Source: Oscillospiraceae bacterium (GTDB lineage Bacteria > Bacillota > Clostridia > Oscillospirales > Ruminococcaceae). From it: a stretch of 64,000 bases of DNA. Positions 48,230 through 57,211 of this stretch are shown in pieces. Location: the NCBI GenBank assembly GCA_018110935.1, contig JAGDBX010000090.1, positions 401-64,400 on the forward strand, given 5' to 3'. The notes below the pieces were generated by a model. It ran no database searches and had not been told where the DNA came from. It worked only from the letters and a program-made list of their open reading frames with translations. The position numbers and the translations under genes were made by a program. Each line of letters begins with the position of its first letter. The first letter of the stretch is position 1.

Positions 48230-49405
48230 TCAGGCCTCAAGGACACGCCGCAGAATGGCGAGTCCGGCGTCCATTTCGTCCTTTGTGATCGTCAGCGGCG
48301 GCAGCAGACGAAGCTTTTCCTTGGCAGTCAGCACAAGGAGACCCGCGTCATTTGCCGCAAGCATGACATCATGCGCATCCTTTGTTCTGAGCGTCATGCC
48401 GATCATCATACCGATGCCGGAAAGCGATATGATCTCCGGAATCTCGGCAAGCTTTGCCCGCAGATATGCGGCTTTTTCCTTTACGGAATCAAGAAAGCCC
48501 TCTGCCGTGATCTGATCGAGAACCGCGACCGCACCTGCGCAGACAACGGGGTTGCCGCCGAAGGTCGAGCCGTGTGTGCCGGGTGTGATGACATCCTCGC
48601 ACTTTTCATCTACAAGGCAGATGCCGATCGGCAGGCCGCCGCCGATGGCCTTTGCCATCGTCGTGACATTTGCCTTTACGCCGAACTGCTCCTGCGCAAG
48701 GAAGGTTCCGGTCCTGCCGCAGCCGGTCTGCACCTCGTCGATGATCAGGATGATATCCTGCTCCTCACAGATTTTCGCGACAGCCTGCACATAGTCTTTG
48801 TCGAGCGCGCAGACACCGCCTTCGCCCTGAATGACCTCGATCATGATGCCGCAGACCGTTCCGTCGAGCTTTGATTTCAGATCGTCAAGGTCATTGGCCT
48901 TTGCAAAGACATGACCGGTCGGGAACGGGTAGAAATACTGATGGAACACATCCTGTCCGGTCGCCGCGAGCGTCTCCATCGTTCTGCCGTGGAAGCTGTT
49001 GACAAGGGAGATGATCGTGCCGCGGTTTTTGCCGTAGCGGTCAGAGCTGTACTTTCTCGCGACCTTGATGGCACATTCATTCGCCTCCGCGCCGGAATTG
49101 CCGAAGAACATCCGCTTCATGCCGGTCACGGCAGCAAGCTTTTCGGCAAGCTCCGCCTGCGGAGCGGTGTAGTAGTAATTGCAGGTGTGCTGGAGCTTCT
49201 TCACCTGTGCGCAGACCGCATCCGTCCACGCGTCATTGCACCATCCGAGCACATTGCAGCCGATGCCGCTGCCGAAGTCGATGTAGGTTTTGCCGTTCTC
49301 GTCGGTACAGGTACAGTTGTGACCGGACGCCTCAACCAGCGGGATCCTGCCGAACGCTTTCATAGTAAACTGATCGGTTGCCTCAATAATATTCATAGTC
49401 ATCAC
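48230..49405 (-). CDS. argD: Acetylornithine aminotransferase
   Basis: This is a class III aminotransferase (GNSGAEANE, DEVQTGCGRTG, TTMAKAIGGG) in arg operon context. Confidence 0.92.
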   Translation of the reverse strand: MMTMNIIEATDQFTMKAFGRIPLVEASGHNCTCTDENGKTYIDFGSGIGCNVLGWCNDAWTDAVCAQVKKLQHTCNYYYTAPQAELAEKLAAVTGMKRMFFGNSGAEANECAIKVARKYSSDRYGKNRGTIISLVNSFHGRTMETLAATGQDVFHQYFYPFPTGHVFAKANDLDDLKSKLDGTVCGIMIEVIQGEGGVCALDKDYVQAVAKICEEQDIILIIDEVQTGCGRTGTFLAQEQFGVKANVTTMAKAIGGGLPIGICLVDEKCEDVITPGTHGSTFGGNPVVCAGAVAVLDQITAEGFLDSVKEKAAYLRAKLAEIPEIISLSGIGMMIGMTLRTKDAHDVMLAANDAGLLVLTAKEKLRLLPPLTITKDEMDAGLAILRRVLEA

Positions 49406-49418
49406 ACCTTTTCTGATA

Positions 49419-50312
49419 TCAATACACGCTCAGGAACTGCGTGCCGACACCCTCGTTCGAGCAGATTTCCACTAAGATCGAATGCGGTACCCTGCCGTCA
49501 ATGATCACGGCCTTTCTGACGCCGCGGCGGATTGCCTCGACACAGCAGTCGATCTTCGGGATCATGCCGCCCGAAATGACGCCCTGCCGCTTGAGGTTCT
49601 GCACCTCGCTGATGTTGACGGACGGAATCAGCGTGGAGGGATCGTTTTTGTCCAGCAGAAGACCGGCAATATCAGTCATAAGAATCAGGTTTTCAGCGCC
49701 GAGTGCCGCCGCGATCGCGGCTGCCGCGGTATCGGCGTTGACATTGTAGACCTGACCGTCAGGGCCGCAGGCCACTGTCGCAATGACCGGAACATAGCCA
49801 TTGTCCAGCGCGATCTCAATCGGTTTCGTATTGACGCCCGTGATCTCGCCGACTAAGCCGAGATCCGGCTTTGATTCCTTTTTCTTCGCCTGCAGGAGCG
49901 CGCCGTCAATGCCGGAAAAGCCGATCGCCTGACCGGAATGTCTGGTCAGATGCGAAACGAGCTCCTTATTGACCTTGCCTGCCAGCACCATGCGCACAAC
50001 ATCCGCTGTTTCCGCGTCGGTATAACGCAGACCGCCGATGAACTTGCTCTCGATGTTCAGTCTGCCGAGCATATCGCTGATCTCCGGGCCGCCGCCGTGC
50101 ACCAGCACGACGCGGATGCCGACCAGCGACAGCAGCACGATATCGCTCATGACCGCTTCCTTGAGCGCCTCGTTCGTCATTGCGTTGCCGCCGTATTTGA
50201 CGACAATGATTTTCTGATTGTAGCGCTGGATATAGGGCAGCGCGTCGATCAGAACCTGTGAACGCACCTGCGTGGAGATGCTCTCCGGAATTTCCATTTT
50301 CTCCATGTTCAT
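49419..50312 (-). CDS. argB: Acetylglutamate kinase
   Basis: Motifs VVKYGGNAM and VLVHGGGP are present. Confidence 0.94.
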   Translation of the reverse strand: MNMEKMEIPESISTQVRSQVLIDALPYIQRYNQKIIVVKYGGNAMTNEALKEAVMSDIVLLSLVGIRVVLVHGGGPEISDMLGRLNIESKFIGGLRYTDAETADVVRMVLAGKVNKELVSHLTRHSGQAIGFSGIDGALLQAKKKESKPDLGLVGEITGVNTKPIEIALDNGYVPVIATVACGPDGQVYNVNADTAAAAIAAALGAENLILMTDIAGLLLDKNDPSTLIPSVNISEVQNLKRQGVISGGMIPKIDCCVEAIRRGVRKAVIIDGRVPHSILVEICSNEGVGTQFLSVY

Positions 50313-50320
50313 CTGCTCCT

Positions 50321-51655
50321 TCAGCTCCTGTAATCGCCGTTGATGCGGACATATTCATAGGTCAGATCGCAGCCCCATGTGCAGGCGGATGCGTTGCCGC
50401 TGTTCAGTGCGATCAGAACCTGAATCTCATCAGCCGAGAGAACCGTTTTGGCCTCCTCCTCAGAGAACGGCACGCCGAAGCCCTGCTCCGCAACATGGAT
50501 TCTGCCGTTTGCAGAGGCAAGGTCAACATCAATGCGCGTCACATCCACATCCGCATCCGCATAGCCGATCGCGCAGGCGATTCTGCCCCAGTTTGCGTCC
50601 TCACCGAAGATAGCGGCCTTGAACAGATTTGACATGATGACGCTTTTGCCGACGGCTGCGGCAACGGCCTCGTTATCGGCACCGGAGACAACACATTCGA
50701 TCAGCTTGGTCGCACCCTCGCCGTCCGCAGCACACATTCTGGCAAGATTCAGCATGACCACATAGAGCGCATCGCGAAGAGTTCTGTAATCGGTACTGTC
50801 GCGGCGGATCTCCTCATTGCCCGCCATACCGTTTGCCAGCACAAGCACCATATCATTCGTGGACATATCGCCGTCCACGGAAACACGGTTCAGTGTTACG
50901 CGGACCACATCACTGAGTGCCATCTGGAGCGTTTCAGGCGAAACGGCCGCGTCGGTCGTGATGAAGGTCAGTGTTGTCGCCATGTTCGGGCAGATCATGC
51001 CGCTGCCCTTGAGCATACCGCCCAGATGGCAGGTCTTTCCGTCTACGCTGAACGAAACAGCGACCTCCTTTTCACGGGTATCCGTCGTCATGATCGCGTG
51101 GACTGCTTCCAGATTTCCGGTGTAGGAAAGTCCCTTGACGAGCTTCGGGATCCCCTCCGCGATCGGTTCGATCGGAAGCGGCTGCCCGATGACGCCTGTC
51201 GATGCGACGACCACATCATCCGCTTCGATGCCGAGTGCCTTTGCGGTCAGTTCGCACATCGCGGCCGCCTTTTCCATGCCGTCGGCATTGCAGGTGTTTG
51301 CGTTGACGGAATTGACGATCACGGCTTTTGCCCTGCCGTTTTTCAGATGCTGCTTAGTCACAAGAAGCGGCGCGCCCTTGACCTTGTTCGAAGTGTAAAC
51401 GGCGGCAGCCGCACATTCCGTATCCGAGACGATCATGGCGAGATCGTTTTTCTGCTTGGTCTCATCGGGCAGCGCGATGTCAATCTCAGAGCCCTCCGGC
51501 TCCACGCCGTTGGCGGCGAGATTCTGCTCCGAAATGCCGTCTGACGGAAGGGCCTGATGCTTCAGTCCGCAGCAGACGCCGTTTGCTTTGAAGCCCTTTG
51601 CTGCGCAGATACCGCCCTCTGCAAAGGGAAATTCCGAAAAGCTCTGTAATTTCAT
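50321..51655 (-). CDS. argJ: Bifunctional glutamate N-acetyltransferase / amino-acid acetyltransferase
   Basis: 444 aa with the autoproteolytic site context MATTLTFITTDA. It carries an extra roughly 30-aa insert near the N-terminus (LPSDGISEQNLAANGVEPEGSEIDIALPDETKQ). Confidence 0.92.
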   Translation of the reverse strand: MKLQSFSEFPFAEGGICAAKGFKANGVCCGLKHQALPSDGISEQNLAANGVEPEGSEIDIALPDETKQKNDLAMIVSDTECAAAAVYTSNKVKGAPLLVTKQHLKNGRAKAVIVNSVNANTCNADGMEKAAAMCELTAKALGIEADDVVVASTGVIGQPLPIEPIAEGIPKLVKGLSYTGNLEAVHAIMTTDTREKEVAVSFSVDGKTCHLGGMLKGSGMICPNMATTLTFITTDAAVSPETLQMALSDVVRVTLNRVSVDGDMSTNDMVLVLANGMAGNEEIRRDSTDYRTLRDALYVVMLNLARMCAADGEGATKLIECVVSGADNEAVAAAVGKSVIMSNLFKAAIFGEDANWGRIACAIGYADADVDVTRIDVDLASANGRIHVAEQGFGVPFSEEEAKTVLSADEIQVLIALNSGNASACTWGCDLTYEYVRINGDYRS

Positions 51656-51682
51656 TCATTTTACCTCTGTTTCATTCCGAAT

Positions 51683-51892
51683 TCATCCCTGCGCTCTGCC
51701 GCGCAGAATAATGCAGGCTGCCCCGCTCATCGCGAGAAGGATGCCGAAAACCGTGCAGAGGATTTTTCTGCTCCGGTCACCGGAAAACGCTCTGGAAGGG
51801 ATCAGGGACTGCGGGCGGTTTCCGAAGAATGCGAGGGCCGCGCCGCAAAGCATCAGCAGGATCCCGCTGATGATAGATTTCATTTCAGACAA
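51683..51892 (-). CDS. Small 2-TM membrane protein (69 aa), coupled to argC copy 1
   Basis: Two hydrophobic helices are visible (IISGILLMLCGAALAFF and ILCTVFGILLAMSGAACIIL). The start overlaps the argC stop by 8 nt. Confidence 0.5.
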   Translation of the reverse strand: MSEMKSIISGILLMLCGAALAFFGNRPQSLIPSRAFSGDRSRKILCTVFGILLAMSGAACIILRGRAQG

Positions 51893-52844
51893 GGCCTGTT
51901 TCTTCCGGTGCGCCTGTCATCAGGTTGAAGCACTGCAGTGCCGCACCGGACGCACCCTTTCCGAGATTATCAAGACGTGCGGCCAGAAGGATCCGCTCGT
52001 CGTTGCCGCAGACAAACACCTCCAGCAGGTTCGTGCCGGCCAGTGTGTTGGCAGGCAGGAAACCGTTTTCCAACACATCCGCGCCGCCGATCTCACGGAC
52101 CTTGACAAAACGCTGTCCGTCATAATGCTTTGCGAACATCGCATGGATCTCCTCCACGTCTGGCTGTCCGTTCAGCAGGCGGCGGTGCAGCGGAATCGAA
52201 ACGACCATGCCGGCGAAATAATCGCAGACCAGCGGATTGAACACCGGCGCGTAGGTCAGACCGGAGACCTTCTGCATTTCCGGCAGATGCTTGTGCGTCT
52301 GTCCGAGCGCGTACTGTCTGGGAGAATCAAATTCGGCGGGGCGGTCATCGGATTCGTAAACCGCGATCGCGGCCTTGCCAGCTCCGGAATAACCGGAGAC
52401 CGCATGGCAGGTGACGGGGTAATCCGGCGCCATCATGCCGCTTTTCACCATCGGATAGACAAGCGACGCAAAGCCGGAGGCATAACAGCCGGGAACGGCC
52501 ACACGCTTCGCCGTCAGAATTCTCTCACGGTGTGCAGCGGAGAGCTCCGGAAAGCCGTATGCCCAGTCGGGATTCGTGCGGTGTGTGGTCGATGCATCAA
52601 TGATGCGCACATCCGGGTTTTCCGCGAAGGATACTGCCTCAACAGATGCGGCATCCGGCAGGCAGAGGAAGGTCACATCGGAAGCGTTGATGAGACGCGC
52701 ACGCTCCGTGTTGTCGCGGTGCTTTGCGGGGTCAATCGTCAGCAGCTCGATATCCGTTCTGTCCTTGATTCGCTCAAACAGCTTCAGGCCGGTCGTTCCC
52801 GCCTGTCCGTCAATATATACTTTCGTCTTTTTCATATTCTTCAT
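51885..52844 (-). CDS. argC: N-acetyl-gamma-glutamyl-phosphate reductase (short, type-2 ArgC), copy 1
   Basis: Motifs YIDGQAGTTGL (NADP-binding) and VAVPGCYASG (catalytic Cys) are present. The start could also be the ATG at 52835. Confidence 0.9.
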   Translation of the reverse strand: MKNMKKTKVYIDGQAGTTGLKLFERIKDRTDIELLTIDPAKHRDNTERARLINASDVTFLCLPDAASVEAVSFAENPDVRIIDASTTHRTNPDWAYGFPELSAAHRERILTAKRVAVPGCYASGFASLVYPMVKSGMMAPDYPVTCHAVSGYSGAGKAAIAVYESDDRPAEFDSPRQYALGQTHKHLPEMQKVSGLTYAPVFNPLVCDYFAGMVVSIPLHRRLLNGQPDVEEIHAMFAKHYDGQRFVKVREIGGADVLENGFLPANTLAGTNLLEVFVCGNDERILLAARLDNLGKGASGAALQCFNLMTGAPEETGLV

Positions 52845-52860
52845 TCACTTTCTTTCGGTA

Positions 52861-53811
52861 TCAGACAAGTCCGGTCTCCTCCGGTGCGCCGGTCATCAGA
52901 TTGAAGCACTGCATTGCCGCGCCGGACGCGCCTTTGCCCAGATTATCAAATCTGGCAACAAGCTGAACGCGCTCATCATTGCCAAAGACAATGATTTCAA
53001 GCATATTCGTACCCGCAAGCGTATTAGAGGGAAGAAAACGCTCTTCCAGCACATCGTCACCGTAAAGCTCGCACACCCTGACAAACCGCTGTCCCGCATA
53101 GTGCTTTGCAAACATCGCGCGGATCTCCGCAGCACCCGGCTGCCCGTTCAGCAGGCGGGTATACAGCGGAACTGATACTGCCATGCCGGAATGATGCGTG
53201 CATCTGATCGGATTGAAGATCGGTGTAAAGCTCAGGCCGGGAATTTTCTGCATCTCAGCCAGATGCTTGTGCTTCTGACCGAGGGCATACAGTCTCGCGG
53301 AATCATAGGAAGCGGGACGGTCAGGGCTTTCGTATCGGGCAATTACTTCTCTACCGCCGCTGGAATATCCGCCGACGCCGTGACAGGTCACAGGATAATC
53401 CGGCGGCATCAGACCGCTGCGGATCATCGGATAGACAAGAGAAACAAAACCGGAGGCGTAACAGCCGGGAACGGCAACACGCTTTGCAGTCCGGATCCTT
53501 TCACGGTATTCCGCAGAAAGCTCCGGAAATCCGTACACCCATTCCGGATCTGTGCGGTGTGCCGCCGAAGCGTCAATGATGCGCACATCCGGATTCTGCA
53601 CAAGCGTAACAGCCTCAGCAGCCGCGTTGGACGGCAGACAGAAAAAGGTCACATCGGATTCATTGATCAGGCGCGCCCGCTCCGCGGTGTCGCGGTGCTT
53701 TGCAGGGTCAATCGTCAGCAGCTCGATGTCTGTTCGGTTCTGAATCCGCTCCCGCAGTCTCAGACCGGTCGTGCCTGCCTGTCCGTCAATATACACTCTT
53801 GTAGTTTTCAT
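52861..53811 (-). CDS. argC: N-acetyl-gamma-glutamyl-phosphate reductase paralogue, copy 2
   Basis: I take the internal Met MKTTRVYIDGQAGTTGL. VAVPGCYASG is retained. The protein is colinear with copy 1 along its full length. Confidence 0.88.
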   Translation of the reverse strand: MKTTRVYIDGQAGTTGLRLRERIQNRTDIELLTIDPAKHRDTAERARLINESDVTFFCLPSNAAAEAVTLVQNPDVRIIDASAAHRTDPEWVYGFPELSAEYRERIRTAKRVAVPGCYASGFVSLVYPMIRSGLMPPDYPVTCHGVGGYSSGGREVIARYESPDRPASYDSARLYALGQKHKHLAEMQKIPGLSFTPIFNPIRCTHHSGMAVSVPLYTRLLNGQPGAAEIRAMFAKHYAGQRFVRVCELYGDDVLEERFLPSNTLAGTNMLEIIVFGNDERVQLVARFDNLGKGASGAAMQCFNLMTGAPEETGLV

Positions 53812-54022
53812 TCTCCCTGTCCTCTCTCTGTTTCTTCTCCTCACGGTAAAAATGGACACAGTTCCAGACACATGCAAGCACGATCACTGAAATGACCCAG
53901 ACGCGTGCGGCAGTCAGACCGGATTCAGGAAAAACAAACATCAGCAGCGCTTCGCCGGCTGCCCAGATGATAAACGCGATCAAAGTCGCAAGGAATATAT
54001 AACGGATCTTTCTGAAGTTCAT
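53786..54022 (-). CDS. Small 2-TM membrane protein (78 aa), coupled between argH and argC copy 2
   Basis: The ATG overlaps the argH stop (ATGA), and the 3' end overlaps the argC copy 2 start by 26 nt. Helices are IFLATLIAFIIWAAGEALLMFVF and VWVISVIVLACVW. Confidence 0.5.
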   Translation of the reverse strand: MNFRKIRYIFLATLIAFIIWAAGEALLMFVFPESGLTAARVWVISVIVLACVWNCVHFYREEKKQREDRENENYKSVY

Positions 54023-55404
54023 GCGTTCAGAGCCTCTATCGCCTGTTTCGCGAGCCGAAGCTGCCCTGCAACGGCCTCGGCGGAAGGACCGCCCTCGGAG
54101 ATTCGGCCGTTCAGGCAGGTCTCCAGCGCAATCGCTGAATAAACATCCTCATCAAACTGCGGGCAGGCTTCCCTGTATGCAGCGAGCGGCAGTGTTTCGA
54201 GCGTCAGGCCTTCCGAAATGCAGCGTGCAACCAGTGTACCGGTGATCTTGTAGGCATCACGGAACGGCAGGCCCTTTTTCACGAGATAATCCGCGCAGTC
54301 TGTCGCGTTGATAAAGCCTTTCGCGGCGGCGGCACGCATATTCTCCTTATTGACACGCATCGTGGCGAGCATCGGATCAAAGGTTTTCAGGCAGAGCTTT
54401 GCCTGGTCGATGGCGTCAAAGACCGCTTCCTTGTCCTCCTGCATATCTTTATTATATGCAAGCGGAATGCCCTTAAGCATCGTCAGAAGCGTCGTCAGGT
54501 CACCGATGACTCTGCCGGTCTTACCGCGGATCAGCTCGGTAACATCAGGATTCTTCTTCTGCGGCATGATCGAGGAGCCGGTCGCGTAGGCATCGTCCAG
54601 CTCAATGAACTTGAACTCCCACGAGCACCAGAGGATGATCTCCTCCGAGAAGCGGGAAAGATGCACCATCAGCAGCGAGAGCGCATTTGCCAGTTCAACG
54701 CAGAAATCACGGTCAGACACTGCATCGAGCGAATTCGGCACCGGTGCGGTAAATTCCAGAAGCCGCGCTGTCTGGTGCCGGTTGATCGGGTAGGTCGTAC
54801 CGGCCAGTGCACCCGCACCCAAAGGGCAGTAGTTCATGCGCTTTGCGGTGTCTGCAAGGCGGCCGTCGTCGCGGAGCAGCATCCAGACATAGGCGAGCAG
54901 ATGATGCGCGAGCGTGACGGGCTGTGCACGCTGCAGATGCGTATAGCCCGGCATGATGGTCTCTGTATGCTGCTCCGCAAGCTGTACAAGCGTCTGAAGC
55001 AGCTTTTTCAGCAGCACTCTGATCTCCGCGATCTCGTCGCGCAGGATCAGGCGGACATCGAGCGCAACCTGATCGTTTCTCGAACGCGCCGTGTGGAGCC
55101 GCTTGCCCGCATCGCCGATGCGCTTGGTCAGCTCCGCCTCGACGAACATATGAATATCCTCTGCCGTCGGATCCATTTCAAGTGCACCGGAATCGAGGTC
55201 ACTGAGAATGCCCTTCAGTCCGGCGATGATCTTCTGCGCATCGTCCTTCGGGATGATGCCGCAGTCAGAAAGCATCGTTGCGTGTGCGACGCTGCCGCGG
55301 ATGTCCTGCCGGTACATTCTGCCGTCAAAGGAGATCGAGGAATTGAACGCGTTGACCGTCTCATCGACCTCTTTTGAAAATCTGCCTGCCCACATTTTTG
55401 CCAT
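54019..55404 (-). CDS. argH: Argininosuccinate lyase
   Basis: MWAGRF and the fumarate-lyase signature GSSIMPQKKNPD are present. Confidence 0.96.
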   Translation of the reverse strand: MAKMWAGRFSKEVDETVNAFNSSISFDGRMYRQDIRGSVAHATMLSDCGIIPKDDAQKIIAGLKGILSDLDSGALEMDPTAEDIHMFVEAELTKRIGDAGKRLHTARSRNDQVALDVRLILRDEIAEIRVLLKKLLQTLVQLAEQHTETIMPGYTHLQRAQPVTLAHHLLAYVWMLLRDDGRLADTAKRMNYCPLGAGALAGTTYPINRHQTARLLEFTAPVPNSLDAVSDRDFCVELANALSLLMVHLSRFSEEIILWCSWEFKFIELDDAYATGSSIMPQKKNPDVTELIRGKTGRVIGDLTTLLTMLKGIPLAYNKDMQEDKEAVFDAIDQAKLCLKTFDPMLATMRVNKENMRAAAAKGFINATDCADYLVKKGLPFRDAYKITGTLVARCISEGLTLETLPLAAYREACPQFDEDVYSAIALETCLNGRISEGGPSAEAVAGQLRLAKQAIEALNA

Positions 55405-55419
55405 AATCGTTATCCTTCC

Positions 55420-55704
55420 TTACCTTCCGTAAAACCGTTCGCGGATCGCATCCTGCTCCGCGGTCCGCCGGCAGCCGACCGGAGCCTCCGAAAAGAGCAG
55501 TCTGCCCCGCGGCGGGTCAAAATCCGGCTCCTCAAATCGGTCATAGGTCTCTTTGGCGATCTCATAATAATCGCAGTAATACATAAAGCTGTAATTCTTC
55601 AGCACGGAGACTGCATAGATTTGCAGCCCTGGCGACCAGAACGCGATCAGATCGGAGTGCTTCGGATTGCGCTTTTCGTGCTGCATATTCTCAAAATCGC
55701 TCAT
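55420..55704 (-). CDS. Hypothetical 94-aa protein inserted between argG and argH
   Basis: ORF only, with no motif I recognise. It is tightly packed, lying 15 nt before argH. Confidence 0.45.
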   Translation of the reverse strand: MSDFENMQHEKRNPKHSDLIAFWSPGLQIYAVSVLKNYSFMYYCDYYEIAKETYDRFEEPDFDPPRGRLLFSEAPVGCRRTAEQDAIRERFYGR

Positions 55705-55782
55705 ATCAAATTCCTCTTGACGGGAAAAAACAGACAGGGCGACCTGCGAAAGCCGCCCTTTCTGTCTGACCGTTCTTCTGAA

Positions 55783-57015
55783 TTACTTGCCGCGCTTCTG
55801 GTTGAGCTTCGCTCTGACCTTGATCGGCAGACCGTACAGATTGATGAAGCCAGCGGAATCCTTCTGATCATAGACATCGTCCTCATCGAAGGTCGCGACC
55901 TCTTCATCGTAGAGGGTGTCAGGCGAGGTGATGCCGGCAGTGATGATATTGCCCTTGTAGAGCTTCAGCTTGACCGTACCGTTGACAGTCTGCTGCGTGC
56001 TTTCCACGAATGCGTCCAGCGCCTCACGGAGCGGAGTGAACCACTGTCCGTTGTAGACAAGATCCGCGTACTGATGTGCAAGCTGCTCCTTGACTCTGGC
56101 GGTTGCCTTGTCAAGTGTGATGGTCTCCAGTGCAGCGTGTGCGTAATAGAGGATCGTGCCGCCGGGAGTCTCATAGACGCCGCGGCTCTTCATGCCGACC
56201 AGACGGTTCTCGACAATGTCGGTGATGCCGATGCCGTTTGCGCCGCCCAGTGCGTTGAGCTTGCGCACGATATCGGAGCCTTTCATCTTCACGCCGTCCA
56301 CTGCGACCGGCACGCCCTTTTCAAAGTCGATCGTGACATAAGTGGGAGTATCGGGAGCCTGCTCCGGCGAAACGCCGAGCTCCAGAAAACCGGGCTTATT
56401 GTACTGCGGCTCATTTGCCGGATCCTCAAGATCGAGGCCCTCATGGGAAATATGCCACAGGTTCTTGTCCTTGGAATAGTTGGTCTCGCGGGAAATCTTC
56501 AGCGGGATCTGATGTGCCTCCGCGTAGTCGATCTCCTCGTCGCGGGACTTGATGTTCCAGATTCTCCACGGTGCAATGATCTGCATATCCGGGGCAAATG
56601 CCTTGATGGTCAGTTCAAAGCGCACCTGATCGTTGCCCTTGCCGGTGCATCCGTGGCAGATCGCGTCCGCACCCTCTCTGAGTGCGATCTCCGCGATGCG
56701 CTTTGCGATGATCGGACGCGCAAAGGAAGTGCCGAGCAGATATTTGCCCTCATAGACCGCACCGGCCTTGACGGTCGGGAAAACATAATCGTCGATGAAC
56801 TCATCGGTGAGATCTTCGATATAGAGCTTGGAAGCGCCGGTCTTGATCGCCTTCTCCTCAAGGCCGTCCAGTTCGGTGCCCTGTCCGACATCGCCGGAAA
56901 CAGCAATGACCTCACAGCCCGGATAGGTCTCCTTGAGCCACGGGATGATGATGGAGGTGTCCAGACCGCCGGAATACGCGAGGACAATCTTCTTCGGTGT
57001 TTTCTTCTCTGCCAT
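55783..57015 (-). CDS. argG: Argininosuccinate synthase
   Basis: Start is at [21 protein letters not shown] (ATP pyrophosphatase P-loop). The track start at 57051 adds 12 unlikely codons. Confidence 0.95.
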   Translation of the reverse strand: MAEKKTPKKIVLAYSGGLDTSIIIPWLKETYPGCEVIAVSGDVGQGTELDGLEEKAIKTGASKLYIEDLTDEFIDDYVFPTVKAGAVYEGKYLLGTSFARPIIAKRIAEIALREGADAICHGCTGKGNDQVRFELTIKAFAPDMQIIAPWRIWNIKSRDEEIDYAEAHQIPLKISRETNYSKDKNLWHISHEGLDLEDPANEPQYNKPGFLELGVSPEQAPDTPTYVTIDFEKGVPVAVDGVKMKGSDIVRKLNALGGANGIGITDIVENRLVGMKSRGVYETPGGTILYYAHAALETITLDKATARVKEQLAHQYADLVYNGQWFTPLREALDAFVESTQQTVNGTVKLKLYKGNIITAGITSPDTLYDEEVATFDEDDVYDQKDSAGFINLYGLPIKVRAKLNQKRGK

Positions 57016-57074
57016 GATACAGCGTTCCTTTCTGAAGGCGGCATTTCGCACGCCGTAATATAATAAACAAACAA

Positions 57075-57104
57075 AGTACCGCAGGCAGTGTGCCGTGCGG
57101 TACT
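57075..57104 (-). terminator. Hairpin plus U-tract, probably the terminator of the upstream dockerin-CAP gene, abutting the argG promoter
   Basis: A 9-bp perfect stem, agtaccgca / tgcggtact, with a 12-nt loop. The minus strand then continues TTGTTTGTTTATT. Confidence 0.5.
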
Positions 57105-57107
57105 TAC

Positions 57108-57135
57108 ATTATACTCCTGTTTTCGGATTTGTCAA
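57108..57135 (-). promoter_or_regulatory. SigA-type promoter of the arg operon (TTGACA-16-TATAAT)
   Basis: Reverse complement reads TTGACA (57135-57130), a 16-nt spacer, then TATAAT (57113-57108). Confidence 0.6.
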
Positions 57136-57139
57136 GGGG

Positions 57140-57211
57140 TGAATGTATATTTTTCGATATATATCAAATATTCATGTATATTATGCATATATTGAGAATA
57201 ATATACATTCA
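57140..57211. promoter_or_regulatory. AT-rich island with TGAAT/ATTCA half-sites (candidate ArgR/AhrC ARG boxes)
   Basis: The sequence reads TGAATGTATAT...AAATATTCATGTATATTATGCATATATTGAGAATAATATACATTCA. It includes an 11-bp perfect inverted repeat (57140-57150 / 57201-57211) and lies immediately upstream of the -35. Confidence 0.45.

Noticed and set aside
51885-53811. argC duplication as an assembly artefact
   Set aside because: The two copies differ at many synonymous and non-synonymous positions along their whole length, so they cannot be a collapsed or duplicated identical repeat.
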